NCBI GenBank assembly: GCA_027622665.1
Contig: JAQBYT010000005.1
Span: forward strand, 32,001-96,000
Direction of reading: 5' to 3'
Source: Verrucomicrobiota bacterium
GTDB taxonomy: Bacteria; Verrucomicrobiota; Verrucomicrobiia; Opitutales; Seribacteraceae
DNA length: 64,000 nucleotides
The notes under the pieces were generated by a model. The model had not been told where the DNA came from. It saw only the letters and a list, made by a program, of their open reading frames with translations, and made no database searches. Made by a program: the position numbers and the translations under genes. How positions within the stretch are numbered: the first letter of the stretch is position 1; every line of letters starts with the position of its first letter. Positions 18,757-29,042 of the stretch are shown here, in pieces.

Positions 18757-18966
18757 GAATTGGATGTCCACTAAAGTGTCTCGTTCGGGATTTAGGAGGT
18801 CAAGCAGATCTTCCCCAAGACGAGTTTTTCCTTACCGAGGACTCCGAATGCACAATTTCCGAAATCCCGATGGATGAGAGAATCATGAGAATCATTCGAT
18901 TTCGGTGAGGTGAGATGAAATTTGGAGTATTGAATCTCGGTCGGAAATTAATTCAGTAAAAGCGGT

Positions 18967-19620
18967 TTACTTCGTCGGCTTTTTCTTCTTCCCCTTGATT
19001 TCCTTGGAGGATTTTCCCTCTCCCGAGGAAGCCTTCTTTGAGGATTTGGCAGCGGCGCCTAGGCTTACCTTTTTCATATGGTCGGGCTTTGTGACGGAAC
19101 CGCTGCCCGGGGCACCTCGCTTGATCTTGTCGACGAATTCCATGCCTTCCACGACCTGTCCCCATACCGTGTATTGGCCATCCAGAAAGTTGGCGTTGTC
19201 CAAACAGATGAAAAATTGGCTGTTGGCACTGTTCGGACTACTGGATCTAGCCATTGAGCAGGCACCTTTACCATGTTTGCGCTCGTTGAATTCTGCGGGG
19301 ATGTCGGGTTTGTCGGAGCCCCCCGTACCTACGCGACCTTCGTTGAGTTTTTTTATGTTGCCGAACTGTACGTCGCCAGTCTGGGCCATAAAACCATCTA
19401 TTACCCTGTGGAAGGCGACGCCGTCGTACTTTCCGGCTTTTGTTAGTTCTTTTATACGAGCAACGTGCTTGGGGGCGGTGTCGGGATACATCTCGATGAC
19501 GACTTGTCCGTCATCGAGGTCGATGAGCAAGGTGTTCTCGGGATCTATATCGGCCTTTGTTTTGGCTTCGGTCATTGTGATGGGAAGGATAAACGCGGCT
19601 ATCGCGAGTAGTTTCTTCAT
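18967..19620 (-). CDS. Periplasmic cyclophilin-type peptidyl-prolyl isomerase
   Basis: FHRVIDGFMAQTGD, SANSQFFI, FLDGQYTVWGQV; Lys-rich tail. Confidence 0.95.
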   Translation of the reverse strand: MKKLLAIAAFILPITMTEAKTKADIDPENTLLIDLDDGQVVIEMYPDTAPKHVARIKELTKAGKYDGVAFHRVIDGFMAQTGDVQFGNIKKLNEGRVGTGGSDKPDIPAEFNERKHGKGACSMARSSSPNSANSQFFICLDNANFLDGQYTVWGQVVEGMEFVDKIKRGAPGSGSVTKPDHMKKVSLGAAAKSSKKASSGEGKSSKEIKGKKKKPTK

Positions 19621-19663
19621 TGTAGTTTGGGTTGATGGTTAGCGACGGAGCAAGAAGGGTTGC

Positions 19664-20644
19664 TCAACCAGGATACCAGATCTTGCGGGCATCTTCGTGA
19701 GAACGTTGATAATTCCAAGCTTTGTCTATGAGTAGTTTCAAATCAATTTTCGGCCTCCAGTCGAGAAGGAACTTGGCTTTCGAGTTATCCAGCCAAGTAC
19801 TGTGGTAGGGCGTAGGAACGTTTACCGAGGGCAGTCCACGGCTTTCCTTCAGGTGGTCGGCTACTTTGCGGTAGTGTATGGGCTCGTCCATACAGATATT
19901 GAAAAGCTGTTGGCGGGCCTTTGGATTATCGATTGCAAGCATAATAGCGGATGCGAGATCCTCGACGTGAACGAAGTTGCGCTGAACAGGTTCTCCGGCG
20001 GGGTCCAGCATTACGGGGATAGTTTGAGCTGCCTCGAAACCGGCCGCTTTTTCGGGATCAACGAGATTTCGCCAAACAGGGCCTCCGAAGATGTCGTCGC
20101 CAAAGGAAAGCGTGTGCTTGAAGTCATCTTTTTCCATGATCCATGGGGCGCGAAGACAACAACCATTAAAATCGTACTGGGTGTAGTACTGCTCCAACAT
20201 GACTTCCTCCAGTACCTTTGAGAGAGCGTAGCATCCGGGGTAAGCCGAATGTTTTTGCGTTTCGGTAACGGGATCGGGATGGGGATAGAAGAAGTGCCCC
20301 ATGCCGGCATCCCCGCCGATCAAAATAAATTGTTTGAACGATGAGCTCATCCGGCATTCCTCCAGAAGCCAAAACAATCCCTTCACCGTGACGTCCATTA
20401 CTCCTTCGGGAGTCTCTTTGCAGGTGGCCAGATGCAGGACATGCGTAACCTCTCTCAACGCTTCCGCAACCAGACTGCGATCGGCAATACTCCCACGGAT
20501 TACTTCTAGTCGAGGTGTCTCTTCGAGAAGTCGGTTATGACAAAGTGCTCGAACTTTGGCATCGGAGAATTTTTCATCTTCAAGAAAACGTCCAAGAAAA
20601 TGCGAACCCACTTTCCCCGTCGCTCCGGTAAGGAGAATTTTCAT
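19664..20644 (-). CDS. NAD-dependent epimerase/dehydratase
   Basis: TGATGKVG Rossmann motif, YALSK, NFVHVEDLA. Confidence 0.9.
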   Translation of the reverse strand: MKILLTGATGKVGSHFLGRFLEDEKFSDAKVRALCHNRLLEETPRLEVIRGSIADRSLVAEALREVTHVLHLATCKETPEGVMDVTVKGLFWLLEECRMSSSFKQFILIGGDAGMGHFFYPHPDPVTETQKHSAYPGCYALSKVLEEVMLEQYYTQYDFNGCCLRAPWIMEKDDFKHTLSFGDDIFGGPVWRNLVDPEKAAGFEAAQTIPVMLDPAGEPVQRNFVHVEDLASAIMLAIDNPKARQQLFNICMDEPIHYRKVADHLKESRGLPSVNVPTPYHSTWLDNSKAKFLLDWRPKIDLKLLIDKAWNYQRSHEDARKIWYPG

Positions 20645-20718
20645 AGGTGTTGAGAGAGCAAATCTACAATGCCTTCTCTGTTCAAGGAAAGAGGGCGAGA
20701 ATGAAAACGTACGCTTCC

Positions 20719-22020
20719 TTACAGCAACTCGGTAAGGGGTTGGCCTTTGTCGGCGAGTGTAAAGGGTCTTCGGGTAGGGGAGTAGACGATCTCGTCGAGA
20801 GGTAGTCCCAGGGCATAGGCGATGGTGGCGTTGAAATCGGGAATCTCGACACGTTGGTCTACGACTTCGCGACCTTCTGGGTCGGTTTTACCCCAGACTT
20901 GTCCGCCCCGGATTCCGCCACCTGCAAGCATGGATGAGAATGCTTTTGGATAATGATCGCGACCCAAGTTGGCGTTAATGTTTGGCGTACGACCAAACTC
21001 AGTTGCCAGCACCACTAGGGTTTCGTCGAGCATGCCTCGCTTATCGAGGTCACCCAGGAGCGCGGCAAGCGCTTGATCGAGGATGGCGCAACGTTCGGGC
21101 GCTCTATCGAAGTTCAGTTGGTGAGTGTCCCAACCTCCGAGTTGTACCTCCACGAAACGAACGTGCCTTTCCACCAAACGTCGTGCCAGCAGTACGCCTT
21201 GACCAAACGTTTCTTCGCCATAAGCCTCTCGCGTTTCCGCAGACTCCTTATCTATGTCGAAAGCGTCGAGGTCTCCGCTTTTCATGAGGCGCACCGCATC
21301 CGCGTACATGTCTGAATAAGCCCTTACCTTCTTCAAATTGTATTTTTCTCGGAAGCCCTTGTCGAACTGATCGGCGAGAGATAGGCGTTTCTTGAATTCT
21401 TCCTCGGTGACGCCGGGATGCATTCTGCTGTTACGGAGTCCTTCGTCGGGTTTGCCAATGGCTAAAGGTTGGTGGGAGGATGGCAGGAATCCGGCGAGCG
21501 GATGCTGACTGCCTCCGCTTACGACAACCGCTCCGGGCAAGGTGGGATTGGAACGTTCGTCAAGTCGAGTCATCCAAGCTCCCATGCTTGGGTGCCGAAT
21601 CGTCGATCTGGGGGCATAGCTGGTATGCATGAAATAATTGCCTTGTTGATGTGCTCCCTTAGTCGAGGTCATACCACGGACTACGGCGATCTTGTCCGCG
21701 TGATTAGCGAGTAGTGGAAGGTTTTCGGCAAGTTGCACTCCGTCTGCATTGGTCTTGATGGCGGTTGTGGGCCCGCCGGTTTCCGTGCCGGGTTTTGGGT
21801 CGAACGTATCGATGTGAGTCATCCCTCCGGACATGTAGAGATAGATTACGTTGCGTGCCTTTGGAGCGTGGTTAAGGGGGCGATTGAGTCCTAAGCCTGC
21901 AGCTATGGCTTGCTTCGGCATTGCCCAAGGCAGAATGCTTACACCGAGAAAGGCTTTTGCGGCTTGTGTTACGAAGCGGCGTCTGGAGAATTCGTCTGCT
22001 TGGTTTAGAATGTTTTTCAT
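20719..22020 (-). CDS. DUF1501 protein with a Tat signal
   Basis: SRRRFV; YMSGGMTHIDTFDPKP, GGWDTH, TEFGRTP, GRDHYP. Start set at ATG 22020. Confidence 0.9.
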   Translation of the reverse strand: MKNILNQADEFSRRRFVTQAAKAFLGVSILPWAMPKQAIAAGLGLNRPLNHAPKARNVIYLYMSGGMTHIDTFDPKPGTETGGPTTAIKTNADGVQLAENLPLLANHADKIAVVRGMTSTKGAHQQGNYFMHTSYAPRSTIRHPSMGAWMTRLDERSNPTLPGAVVVSGGSQHPLAGFLPSSHQPLAIGKPDEGLRNSRMHPGVTEEEFKKRLSLADQFDKGFREKYNLKKVRAYSDMYADAVRLMKSGDLDAFDIDKESAETREAYGEETFGQGVLLARRLVERHVRFVEVQLGGWDTHQLNFDRAPERCAILDQALAALLGDLDKRGMLDETLVVLATEFGRTPNINANLGRDHYPKAFSSMLAGGGIRGGQVWGKTDPEGREVVDQRVEIPDFNATIAYALGLPLDEIVYSPTRRPFTLADKGQPLTELL

Positions 22021-22058
22021 AGTATTTGCTGGAATGGAGTTCTTATACAGTCTCGGTT

Positions 22059-24293
22059 TTATTGAATGAATGAGAACTGTCTTGTATTGAGTAAAGTCCA
22101 AGCAAGCCCTCGAATTCCTGGGTTCATGCCATATGAGCTCTTAGTTTTGGCTCTTTGGGCATAATGTTTTAATAGCTTTCGCTTTTTCTCCGTGGGAATA
22201 TTGGCGGGCATCCGCGAAGAGTGATCAGGGGTTTCATCTTTTGCCCTATCAATTTCATCGAGACAGGTTTCCTGCTCCTCTTTGGTTGGCTTTCGGTTAA
22301 GAATGGAAAGGAATAAAACGTCTACTTTATCCTTGATCGCATCAACTCGAGAAAGATCTTCGGCGAATGGTGCAGCAGGTTGTTTCAAGATAGCTTGATA
22401 AATGGAGCCATTCAGCAAACTGAGAGCTTGCGGCACGGAAGCTTCGCGACTGGCGTTTTCTATGACTTCTCTGTCCGACTGACCAAATTCTCTTAGGAAA
22501 TGACCGTTGGGTGCGGGTGATGGCATGTAGGAGGCTCTGACTAACTGTTTCGAAAAGCCTTTCCATCGATCCGTCGACGAGTCGCTTGAATTTTTACTGC
22601 TTGGCGCTCTGCCGTAAAGGGCTCCGCCATCGAAACCTTTTCCCATTATCAGGGAGGCATAGGATGCTCTTTGCTTATTGCGAAGCTGCCCGTACTCACG
22701 GCGTAAGCGGGACACGCTTTCAAGTTCGTTATTCTCCTGGGCTTCTCGCAATTTTTTTTGAATACCTAACATTTCATCGTTTGAGCTTTTGCTCATTCGC
22801 GCACCTTTTTTGGCTACCGACAGCATTTCTTTTCCTTTTAAATCATAAACTGTTTCCTCATAGGCGGAGAGTTGCTCTACCCGTGATTGGTGACGACTCA
22901 AGTCAGGCTTCCTTTCATCAACATAGGGAATCGATAAGGTGAGAAAGGAGTCCCACAACTGCTCTGCACTCATCCGTTGGAGGATAGGACCCGGGAAGTG
23001 ATAGGGTTCGCCGGATACGATTTCTTCCGTGGAAGTCTCGCGGCGAAAGGCTTTTACGTTGTAGAGGATTCGAAGGAACTGCTTGATGTCGTAGTTATGT
23101 TCGATCATCAGCTTTTCCAAGTGCGCCATTAGTTCGGGATTGGAGGGGGTCGTGTCGTCTCTAATGTCATCCACAGGTTCGATTACCCCGACCCCAAAGA
23201 CACGTTTCCAAAGACGGTTTGCAATGACTTTTGAAAAGCGTGGGTTTTCGGACGAAGTCATCCACTGGGCATAGCCTTCCACCGGATCCGTTTCCTGATC
23301 TAGTTTATCACTTTTTCCGAAAATGGGAGCTGCCGTAATTGATGCTTTTGGCTTGGCGTCTTCATATTGGTAATCGTGGGGCAGTTGCAACTTTCGGGGA
23401 TTGTGGGAGGCGCCGTATCGAAGGGGGCGCATGATCTCACTGGCGGCTTTGCGGAGCAGTTGGCCTTCCTTCGACTTGTAAGCCTTTTTTCTTTTTTCAG
23501 CATCGCTTCCCTTGAATTGGCTGAAAAAAGCGTTCTGCATTTCCTTTTGTTTCTCCCCTCCCATGCGCGCCTGAACGCCATAAGTGTAGGCAGCCATTTG
23601 GTAGTACTCCATTTGAGTCCACTTGTCGAATGGGTGGTTGTGACACTGAGCGCAAACCATTTGGGTGCCGAGGAAAACTTGTGTCGTATTGGACATGTTG
23701 TCCAAGGGCATTCCTGCGTCTCGCATGTAGTAGCCCACGGCACCATTGTTCCACGGATATCCTTTAGCCGTGATGAGCTTTCGCGCTACTTCGTCGAAAG
23801 ACATGTTTTGCCTAATGGCATCCATCATCCAAATGGCATAACTTACTCCACCGCCCACGTTGTTGGCCCCACCGCTTCTTGACGGGGATTGAATGCGAAG
23901 CAAATCCGCCCACCAATTGAAGGTATGGCTGCCATAGGCCTCGGAATTGAGAATCCGGTCGATCAAGGTGGAGTGCTTTTGTGGATCGTTGCTTTCCAGA
24001 AAACCTATGGTCTCTTGATAAGTGGGTATGCGACCCCCTACTTGAAGGTGTGCCCTGCGGACGAAAGTCGCATCATCCGCCAATGGCAAGGGTTTGACTT
24101 TATTCGTTGCGTAGCCTTTGGCCAATATGGCGTCGATCGCCTTGGCATCCTCAAGGATTTCTTTTAGCGGTCGGACCGCGTTCACTTCGGGAGCTTTTGC
24201 GTCGAGCGGAACGTATACGTTTCCAAATGCGTTTGCCACGCATGATAGCAAGCAAACAAGAATCGAGCCCATGCGGGCATTAATTATTTTCAT
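22059..24293 (-). CDS. DUF1549/DUF1553 (PSCyt2/PSD1) protein with a CxxCH motif
   Basis: DDATFVRR, FLGTQMVCAQCHNHPFDKW, NRLWKRVFGVG..EPVDD, PSNPEL, QALSLLN. Confidence 0.9.
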   Translation of the reverse strand: MKIINARMGSILVCLLSCVANAFGNVYVPLDAKAPEVNAVRPLKEILEDAKAIDAILAKGYATNKVKPLPLADDATFVRRAHLQVGGRIPTYQETIGFLESNDPQKHSTLIDRILNSEAYGSHTFNWWADLLRIQSPSRSGGANNVGGGVSYAIWMMDAIRQNMSFDEVARKLITAKGYPWNNGAVGYYMRDAGMPLDNMSNTTQVFLGTQMVCAQCHNHPFDKWTQMEYYQMAAYTYGVQARMGGEKQKEMQNAFFSQFKGSDAEKRKKAYKSKEGQLLRKAASEIMRPLRYGASHNPRKLQLPHDYQYEDAKPKASITAAPIFGKSDKLDQETDPVEGYAQWMTSSENPRFSKVIANRLWKRVFGVGVIEPVDDIRDDTTPSNPELMAHLEKLMIEHNYDIKQFLRILYNVKAFRRETSTEEIVSGEPYHFPGPILQRMSAEQLWDSFLTLSIPYVDERKPDLSRHQSRVEQLSAYEETVYDLKGKEMLSVAKKGARMSKSSNDEMLGIQKKLREAQENNELESVSRLRREYGQLRNKQRASYASLIMGKGFDGGALYGRAPSSKNSSDSSTDRWKGFSKQLVRASYMPSPAPNGHFLREFGQSDREVIENASREASVPQALSLLNGSIYQAILKQPAAPFAEDLSRVDAIKDKVDVLFLSILNRKPTKEEQETCLDEIDRAKDETPDHSSRMPANIPTEKKRKLLKHYAQRAKTKSSYGMNPGIRGLAWTLLNTRQFSFIQ

Positions 24294-24417
24294 TTTGCAG
24301 AAGGATATCAATTTATCATTATAAACTATGTTTCTCGCACAAAGTTTCAACAATGTTTCCGCATTCACTCCCAAATTGAATTTTTATGGAATTTCACCCG
24401 AGTAGACGCTGTTCTAC

Positions 24418-26589
24418 TTAAAACGAGTGCGACAAGGATACGATAAAATTACGACCGGGACCGTTGAGGCCGGAACCGTGCACCCGGTAGTCTTCGTCTC
24501 CGAGGTTCTCGGCAGCCAATGAGATCGCGGAGTTTTCGCCGATCGATCGTCCCCCGCGCAGACCGAAAAGAATGTAACCCGGGGTGCCGTTGGTAGGTAT
24601 ACGGGAGTCGTCGCTTTCGTCCTTAAGGGAAAGATCGTCCGCTCTGTCGACTGCAAGAATGGACAATTCCCCCCACCAAGGAGATGCAGGCGGGGCGTAG
24701 CGGGTAAGGAACTCCGCTTGAATTGGCATCAGGCGTGTGGTGGCACGGTCGACGGGCATGTAATTCCGCCCATCTATGGATACCGTTCCCGTTGCATTGT
24801 CATCCAATAACTGCTCGACCTCGCCGTCCATCCAGGAAAAACTCAGTTCAGAACTCCAAGAGGAAGTCCAATCGTAGCCCAGTTCGATCTCGATTCCTTG
24901 AATGAATCCGTCCCCGTTAGCCTTGAGGACGTCGGATTTACCGGATTCGATTGGGGAGCGAACGATCATATCGTTGATCCAAGTGTGATAAGCGGAAACC
25001 ATGAATTTCCAATCTCCCTCGGTTTTCCTTAAGCCGACTTCCAATTGGAGGAAGGTTTCTGAATCAAGTGAGGTGTTTGGGCTTTCCACGGCACTGGTTT
25101 CATCCGTTGAGGTCAGGTCGTATAAACTTGGCGGACGAAATCCTTGAGAGAGTCCCCCGAAAAGGAAGTTTCCATCCGAGATTTCCTTGCTGATCCTTAG
25201 TGACCCAATCAACTCTTCGTATTTCTTTGTTTTTGGATTTTGAATCGTCGAAGTATCGCTGTTCTTTAAATAGTATCGGCCGAGTTCGGCCTGGACGGAG
25301 GAAAAGCGGATGCCTGGCTCGAAGGTCCATCCGGAAGTCACCTCGTAGGTGTCGTTTACGTAAATGGCGTAACGATGATGCCGGGCTTCTGCGGCCAAGG
25401 GGCCTTGAGCATAGTCTCGTGCTATTCCTGAAGAATTGTTCAAGTCTGATCCAAAGGAAGAGACGTCCTCTAAATGACATTCAAAGCCATACGCGAGTCT
25501 GCCACCCCATGGGTCATCGGTTTCAAAACGAGAAGAAAATCCCAAATCATCGAGATCAAAACCCTGCTTGTCGTCAATAAGATGTGTGCCTGACTTTTCC
25601 CTTCTACGATGCCGCTCTTGGCCATGTTGGTGGAAGCTGAGAGTCAGCAAGCCGGCATCCGCCAAACCGCCGGCGCCCTCCCAAGCGAGCTTTCCATAAT
25701 AAAGGTTTCGTTCCTGATCGAGGCGTCGCCAGATCTCTTTGCCTTTGGAGAGACCTTCCCATTCCAATCCATCGACTGTCTTGTGGGTGCGAGGGACATC
25801 TTCCATGAAGACGCGCTGAAAGCCAAAAGTTATGCTAGAGTCCTCTCCGAGTCTTCGCGCTAGACGAAAATTGGTCCCGAGCACATCATAACCTGTATTT
25901 ATCTGTTTGCCGACCTGTCGTCCACCTTCCAAGTCCCCAAAACTTCTTTCGGCATGGGATAGCTCGGCGAACCAATTTTTTGTTGAAACTTCCCCTTTGA
26001 CATGTCCCGTCCACGAAGATTCGGCTGAAGAGAAACGAGCGAATGCCTCACCCTTAGAGAGAATTCCTTCATCTGTGAAATATGGATTTTCAGATATGAT
26101 GTTGACTACTCCTCCAATTGCATCTGCACCGTACGTTATTCCATTCGGTCCACGTACCAATTCGATGCGATCTGCCCCTAGAATTTCTACTGTGCTCCAG
26201 TATTGGTTTGGGCCGGAGCGCATGGCGGAATGATTGAGACGAATGCCATCAACGAGAAGTAGATTGTGGTAGCCCGTGAAGCCTCTTACATATGGAGATG
26301 ACTGCCCCAACGCCGTTTTTTGCACCATGACGGAGGGCAAGCCCGACAGTGCCTCGGGCATCGATCTTGCCGTAAGTCGAATATCGTTTACCTCCATCCT
26401 TTCCGTTGACCATGGCGAGCTAGCCATGGGTTCAGCAAACCCTCCTCGGGCAGTTACTACCATTGGCGCTAAAGCCTCAGTTTCATTTTTGTCAGCTCTC
26501 GAGAACTTGGCAACGAATAGACTGTAGATGGAGACACCAATTAGTAGAAAAGTTCGTGAGTAAATACGGCAAGCGAAAGCAAGGCCCAT
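24418..26589 (-). CDS. TonB-dependent receptor
   Basis: MVVTA TonB-box region; plug VQKTALGQSSPYVRG..IELVRGP..YGADAIGGVVN; C-terminal ENLGDEDY..PGRNF..SHSF. Start uncertain (26589-26631). Confidence 0.9.
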   Translation of the reverse strand: MGLAFACRIYSRTFLLIGVSIYSLFVAKFSRADKNETEALAPMVVTARGGFAEPMASSPWSTERMEVNDIRLTARSMPEALSGLPSVMVQKTALGQSSPYVRGFTGYHNLLLVDGIRLNHSAMRSGPNQYWSTVEILGADRIELVRGPNGITYGADAIGGVVNIISENPYFTDEGILSKGEAFARFSSAESSWTGHVKGEVSTKNWFAELSHAERSFGDLEGGRQVGKQINTGYDVLGTNFRLARRLGEDSSITFGFQRVFMEDVPRTHKTVDGLEWEGLSKGKEIWRRLDQERNLYYGKLAWEGAGGLADAGLLTLSFHQHGQERHRRREKSGTHLIDDKQGFDLDDLGFSSRFETDDPWGGRLAYGFECHLEDVSSFGSDLNNSSGIARDYAQGPLAAEARHHRYAIYVNDTYEVTSGWTFEPGIRFSSVQAELGRYYLKNSDTSTIQNPKTKKYEELIGSLRISKEISDGNFLFGGLSQGFRPPSLYDLTSTDETSAVESPNTSLDSETFLQLEVGLRKTEGDWKFMVSAYHTWINDMIVRSPIESGKSDVLKANGDGFIQGIEIELGYDWTSSWSSELSFSWMDGEVEQLLDDNATGTVSIDGRNYMPVDRATTRLMPIQAEFLTRYAPPASPWWGELSILAVDRADDLSLKDESDDSRIPTNGTPGYILFGLRGGRSIGENSAISLAAENLGDEDYRVHGSGLNGPGRNFIVSLSHSF

Positions 26590-26763
26590 TCTGATTGCAA
26601 TTGTTATTGCGTACATTTTGTTCGAAAACATCCTTAGGTTTAGTTCCCATTGGTTTCTGGATGGAAATTCCAGTAAAAGTTGATTTAAAGTTGAAATTAT
26701 TAGAAACCCATAAATTTACTGAGGTAGTTGACAATCTAAAATATAAGGTTTCTCTTTAATTCA

Positions 26764-27363
26764 ATGATCGAAGACCCCCTAAAGCAAGACGAGCCTCCCA
26801 AGCCCACCGGCAGACCTCCGAAGCCCGGAAAGCCTCCGTTGTTTAAGGATCGCCGGGCGCACAGGATCGAGTTGCGCAATAAGATCTCCGGATTCAAAGA
26901 AGAAATCAATGAACTCAAGGCTTTCAAGACGGACGACGAATCCAAGAAAGCCGAGATTCAACAGAGAATGTCGGTTTTGAAGACGCGACTCAAGGAATGC
27001 GAAATGGAGAAAGAGTCGATCGAGCAATTCAACCATACCCAGTTCGTAAAGAACGTTGAGAAGAGCCGCGAAGACGAATCACGTTTCGATAAGGAGTCAC
27101 ATGGGCAGACTCGTTTTTTCAAAAATCTTACTAAGGATGCGGAATCCGAGGACACAACTGTAGGTTCCGGATGGGATTCCACCGGGGGTGACAATAAAGA
27201 GGCGACTCATGCTTTACTTGAGGAGGCGAAGCCGGAAGCAGTTTCCTCGCCCGAGCCTGAAGTTCAATCCACAGAACCCCTTACGGAAGAGGAGACATCC
27301 CCAAAAGTGGAAACCGAGGCACCCTTGCCTCAAATCGAAATACCTCCGAATACAATTGTCTAG
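26764..27363 (+). CDS. Hypothetical protein (Pro-rich start, coiled coil, acidic tail)
   Basis: 199-aa ORF filling the gap, with a charged heptad-like segment; no family recognised. Confidence 0.6.
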   Translation: MIEDPLKQDEPPKPTGRPPKPGKPPLFKDRRAHRIELRNKISGFKEEINELKAFKTDDESKKAEIQQRMSVLKTRLKECEMEKESIEQFNHTQFVKNVEKSREDESRFDKESHGQTRFFKNLTKDAESEDTTVGSGWDSTGGDNKEATHALLEEAKPEAVSSPEPEVQSTEPLTEEETSPKVETEAPLPQIEIPPNTIV

Positions 27364-27378
27364 GTTTGCTCGAGACAC

Positions 27379-28866
27379 CTACTCGTAGCGCCACTTCATG
27401 ACCCACGGATCGTTGGTCAGTTCTTGAAAGGCTTTCAGCTTTTTCTTTAGTCGGTCAAGAAGCTCTTCATGTTTTGAGGATTTGGCGAGGTTGTTTCCTT
27501 CGTGAGGGTCTTCTTGTAAGTCGTATAGCTCGAATGCGGGTCGGTGGATGTAGCTTCGTACGGTCTTTGCCCCGTAGGGAGCGCTCATTCCCTGTTTCCA
27601 TTGCGCCTGCCATGTGGGAGCTCTCCAAAGGTCTGATGCGAAAGGGTAGGGTAGGCCATGGGCGATGTTCCAAATCAACTTGTATCGCCTTTCCCGAACT
27701 ACGCGCATGGGGTAATACATCGTGATTTCATGAAAGGTATGGGAGGCGTTTACTTGATCCCAACCAGTGGTTTTTTCTTTTTCCAAAACCGAAAGGAACG
27801 AGCGACCATGGAACTTGCCCGGGGTTAATCCCCGACCGTTTTGCTCCCCTTTGACCTTGGCGATACCGAGGCTTTGTGCGGTGGACGGGTTGAGCTTCCC
27901 CTTATCGTCGAGCACATTGGCAAATTGAAGAATGGTTGGGGCAAGATCCACCCAACTGACCATGGCATCGGTCGCGATGCCCCTTTTGTTCAAGTAGGGG
28001 TTCCTCACTAGACAGGGTGAGTGCATGCCGCCTTCATAAAGCGTGGTCTTGGCTCCCGGCATAGCTATGCCGTGATCCGCAATGAAGAGAAAAAGGGTGT
28101 CTTCCCATTTATTCGTTTCCTTGAGAATTTCGATGAGTCGACCGATCCCTTGGTCCACGCGTGAAACAGACTGGTAGTATTGAGCAATCTCTGCTCGGCA
28201 GGTCGGTGTGTCCGGCAGAAAGCCGGGAACGCTTACCTTGGCGGGATCGTAGATCACTTCCTTGATTCCGGGATAGCCCTTGGATCCTGGTTTTGGGTTG
28301 CCGAAGCGGTCGGGTTTGTAGGGAAGTTCATTGGCGAAACCGCCTCCCCGATGCGGATCGGAGGTGCAGATGTAGAGAAAGAACGGTTTTTCCGAATCTT
28401 CGGCGAGAAAGGCTTTTGAGTTTTCCGCCATTTCTACAGGGCTACGGGAGTTCCCGGGAATGGCTTGGCCGAACTTGTAGATACTTTCGGGAGCCACATG
28501 GTATTTGCCGCAACGAGCGGTTCGATAGCCGCCATGAGAAAGGTATACGGGAAGGCTGATAAGGTTTCCGTAGCTGTTGAACTTGTGGTAACTATGCTGA
28601 TGGCCGTAGTGACCGTTGGCATGGTTGTGGAGACCCGAAAGGATAACGGACCGGCTGGCCGAGCAGCTGGCGGTCGTGCAGAAGGCGTTCTTGAAGAGAG
28701 TTCCATCGGCGGCGAGAGCATCGAGATTCGGAGTTTTTAGCGCCGGGTTCCCGTATGCGCCGAAATCGGGACTCTGGTCGTCGGTTACGAACAAGACGAC
28801 ATTGCGCTTTGCGGCTTGGGCGATGCCTAGGCAAAGCAAGAAAATCAAAGACGTAAAAGTTTTCAT
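27379..28866 (-). CDS. Sulfatase, N-sulfoglucosamine sulfohydrolase-like
   Basis: NVVLFVTDD, CSASRSVILSG, GKYHV, DPHR, SHTFHEITMYYPMR, ELYDL..DPHE. Confidence 0.92.
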   Translation of the reverse strand: MKTFTSLIFLLCLGIAQAAKRNVVLFVTDDQSPDFGAYGNPALKTPNLDALAADGTLFKNAFCTTASCSASRSVILSGLHNHANGHYGHQHSYHKFNSYGNLISLPVYLSHGGYRTARCGKYHVAPESIYKFGQAIPGNSRSPVEMAENSKAFLAEDSEKPFFLYICTSDPHRGGGFANELPYKPDRFGNPKPGSKGYPGIKEVIYDPAKVSVPGFLPDTPTCRAEIAQYYQSVSRVDQGIGRLIEILKETNKWEDTLFLFIADHGIAMPGAKTTLYEGGMHSPCLVRNPYLNKRGIATDAMVSWVDLAPTILQFANVLDDKGKLNPSTAQSLGIAKVKGEQNGRGLTPGKFHGRSFLSVLEKEKTTGWDQVNASHTFHEITMYYPMRVVRERRYKLIWNIAHGLPYPFASDLWRAPTWQAQWKQGMSAPYGAKTVRSYIHRPAFELYDLQEDPHEGNNLAKSSKHEELLDRLKKKLKAFQELTNDPWVMKWRYE

Positions 28867-28940
28867 GGTACTGATAAGTTGGGTCTGGGGTGATGATTAA
28901 TTAAATCACCATTGCGTCTGTCGAGTTCCAATCGACTCTT

Positions 28941-28977
28941 AAAATAGAAAAACCAGCGTCGAGTGATGCTGGCTTTT
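28941..28977 (-). terminator. Rho-independent terminator (possibly bidirectional) after the oxidoreductase operon
   Basis: Stem CCAGCGTC-gagt-GATGCTGG flanked by an A-run and a T-run. Confidence 0.65.
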
Positions 28978-29042
28978 CGGGATGTGGTGGAGATTTTTAA
29001 GCCTTGCGGGATAGGCTTTTCCGGAACTTATTTGCCTGCTAT

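Noticed and set aside
26594..26611. GCAAT-N4-ATTGC dyad as a Fur box for the TonB receptor
   Set aside because: Weak match to the Fur consensus in AT-rich DNA, and it may lie within the coding start.
28889..28910. GATGATTAATTAAA (11/14 match to the TroR palindrome) within GGTGAT..ATCACC upstream of the sulfatase
   Set aside because: One arm is broken and none of the flanking promoter similarity is present; could be chance or another regulator's site.
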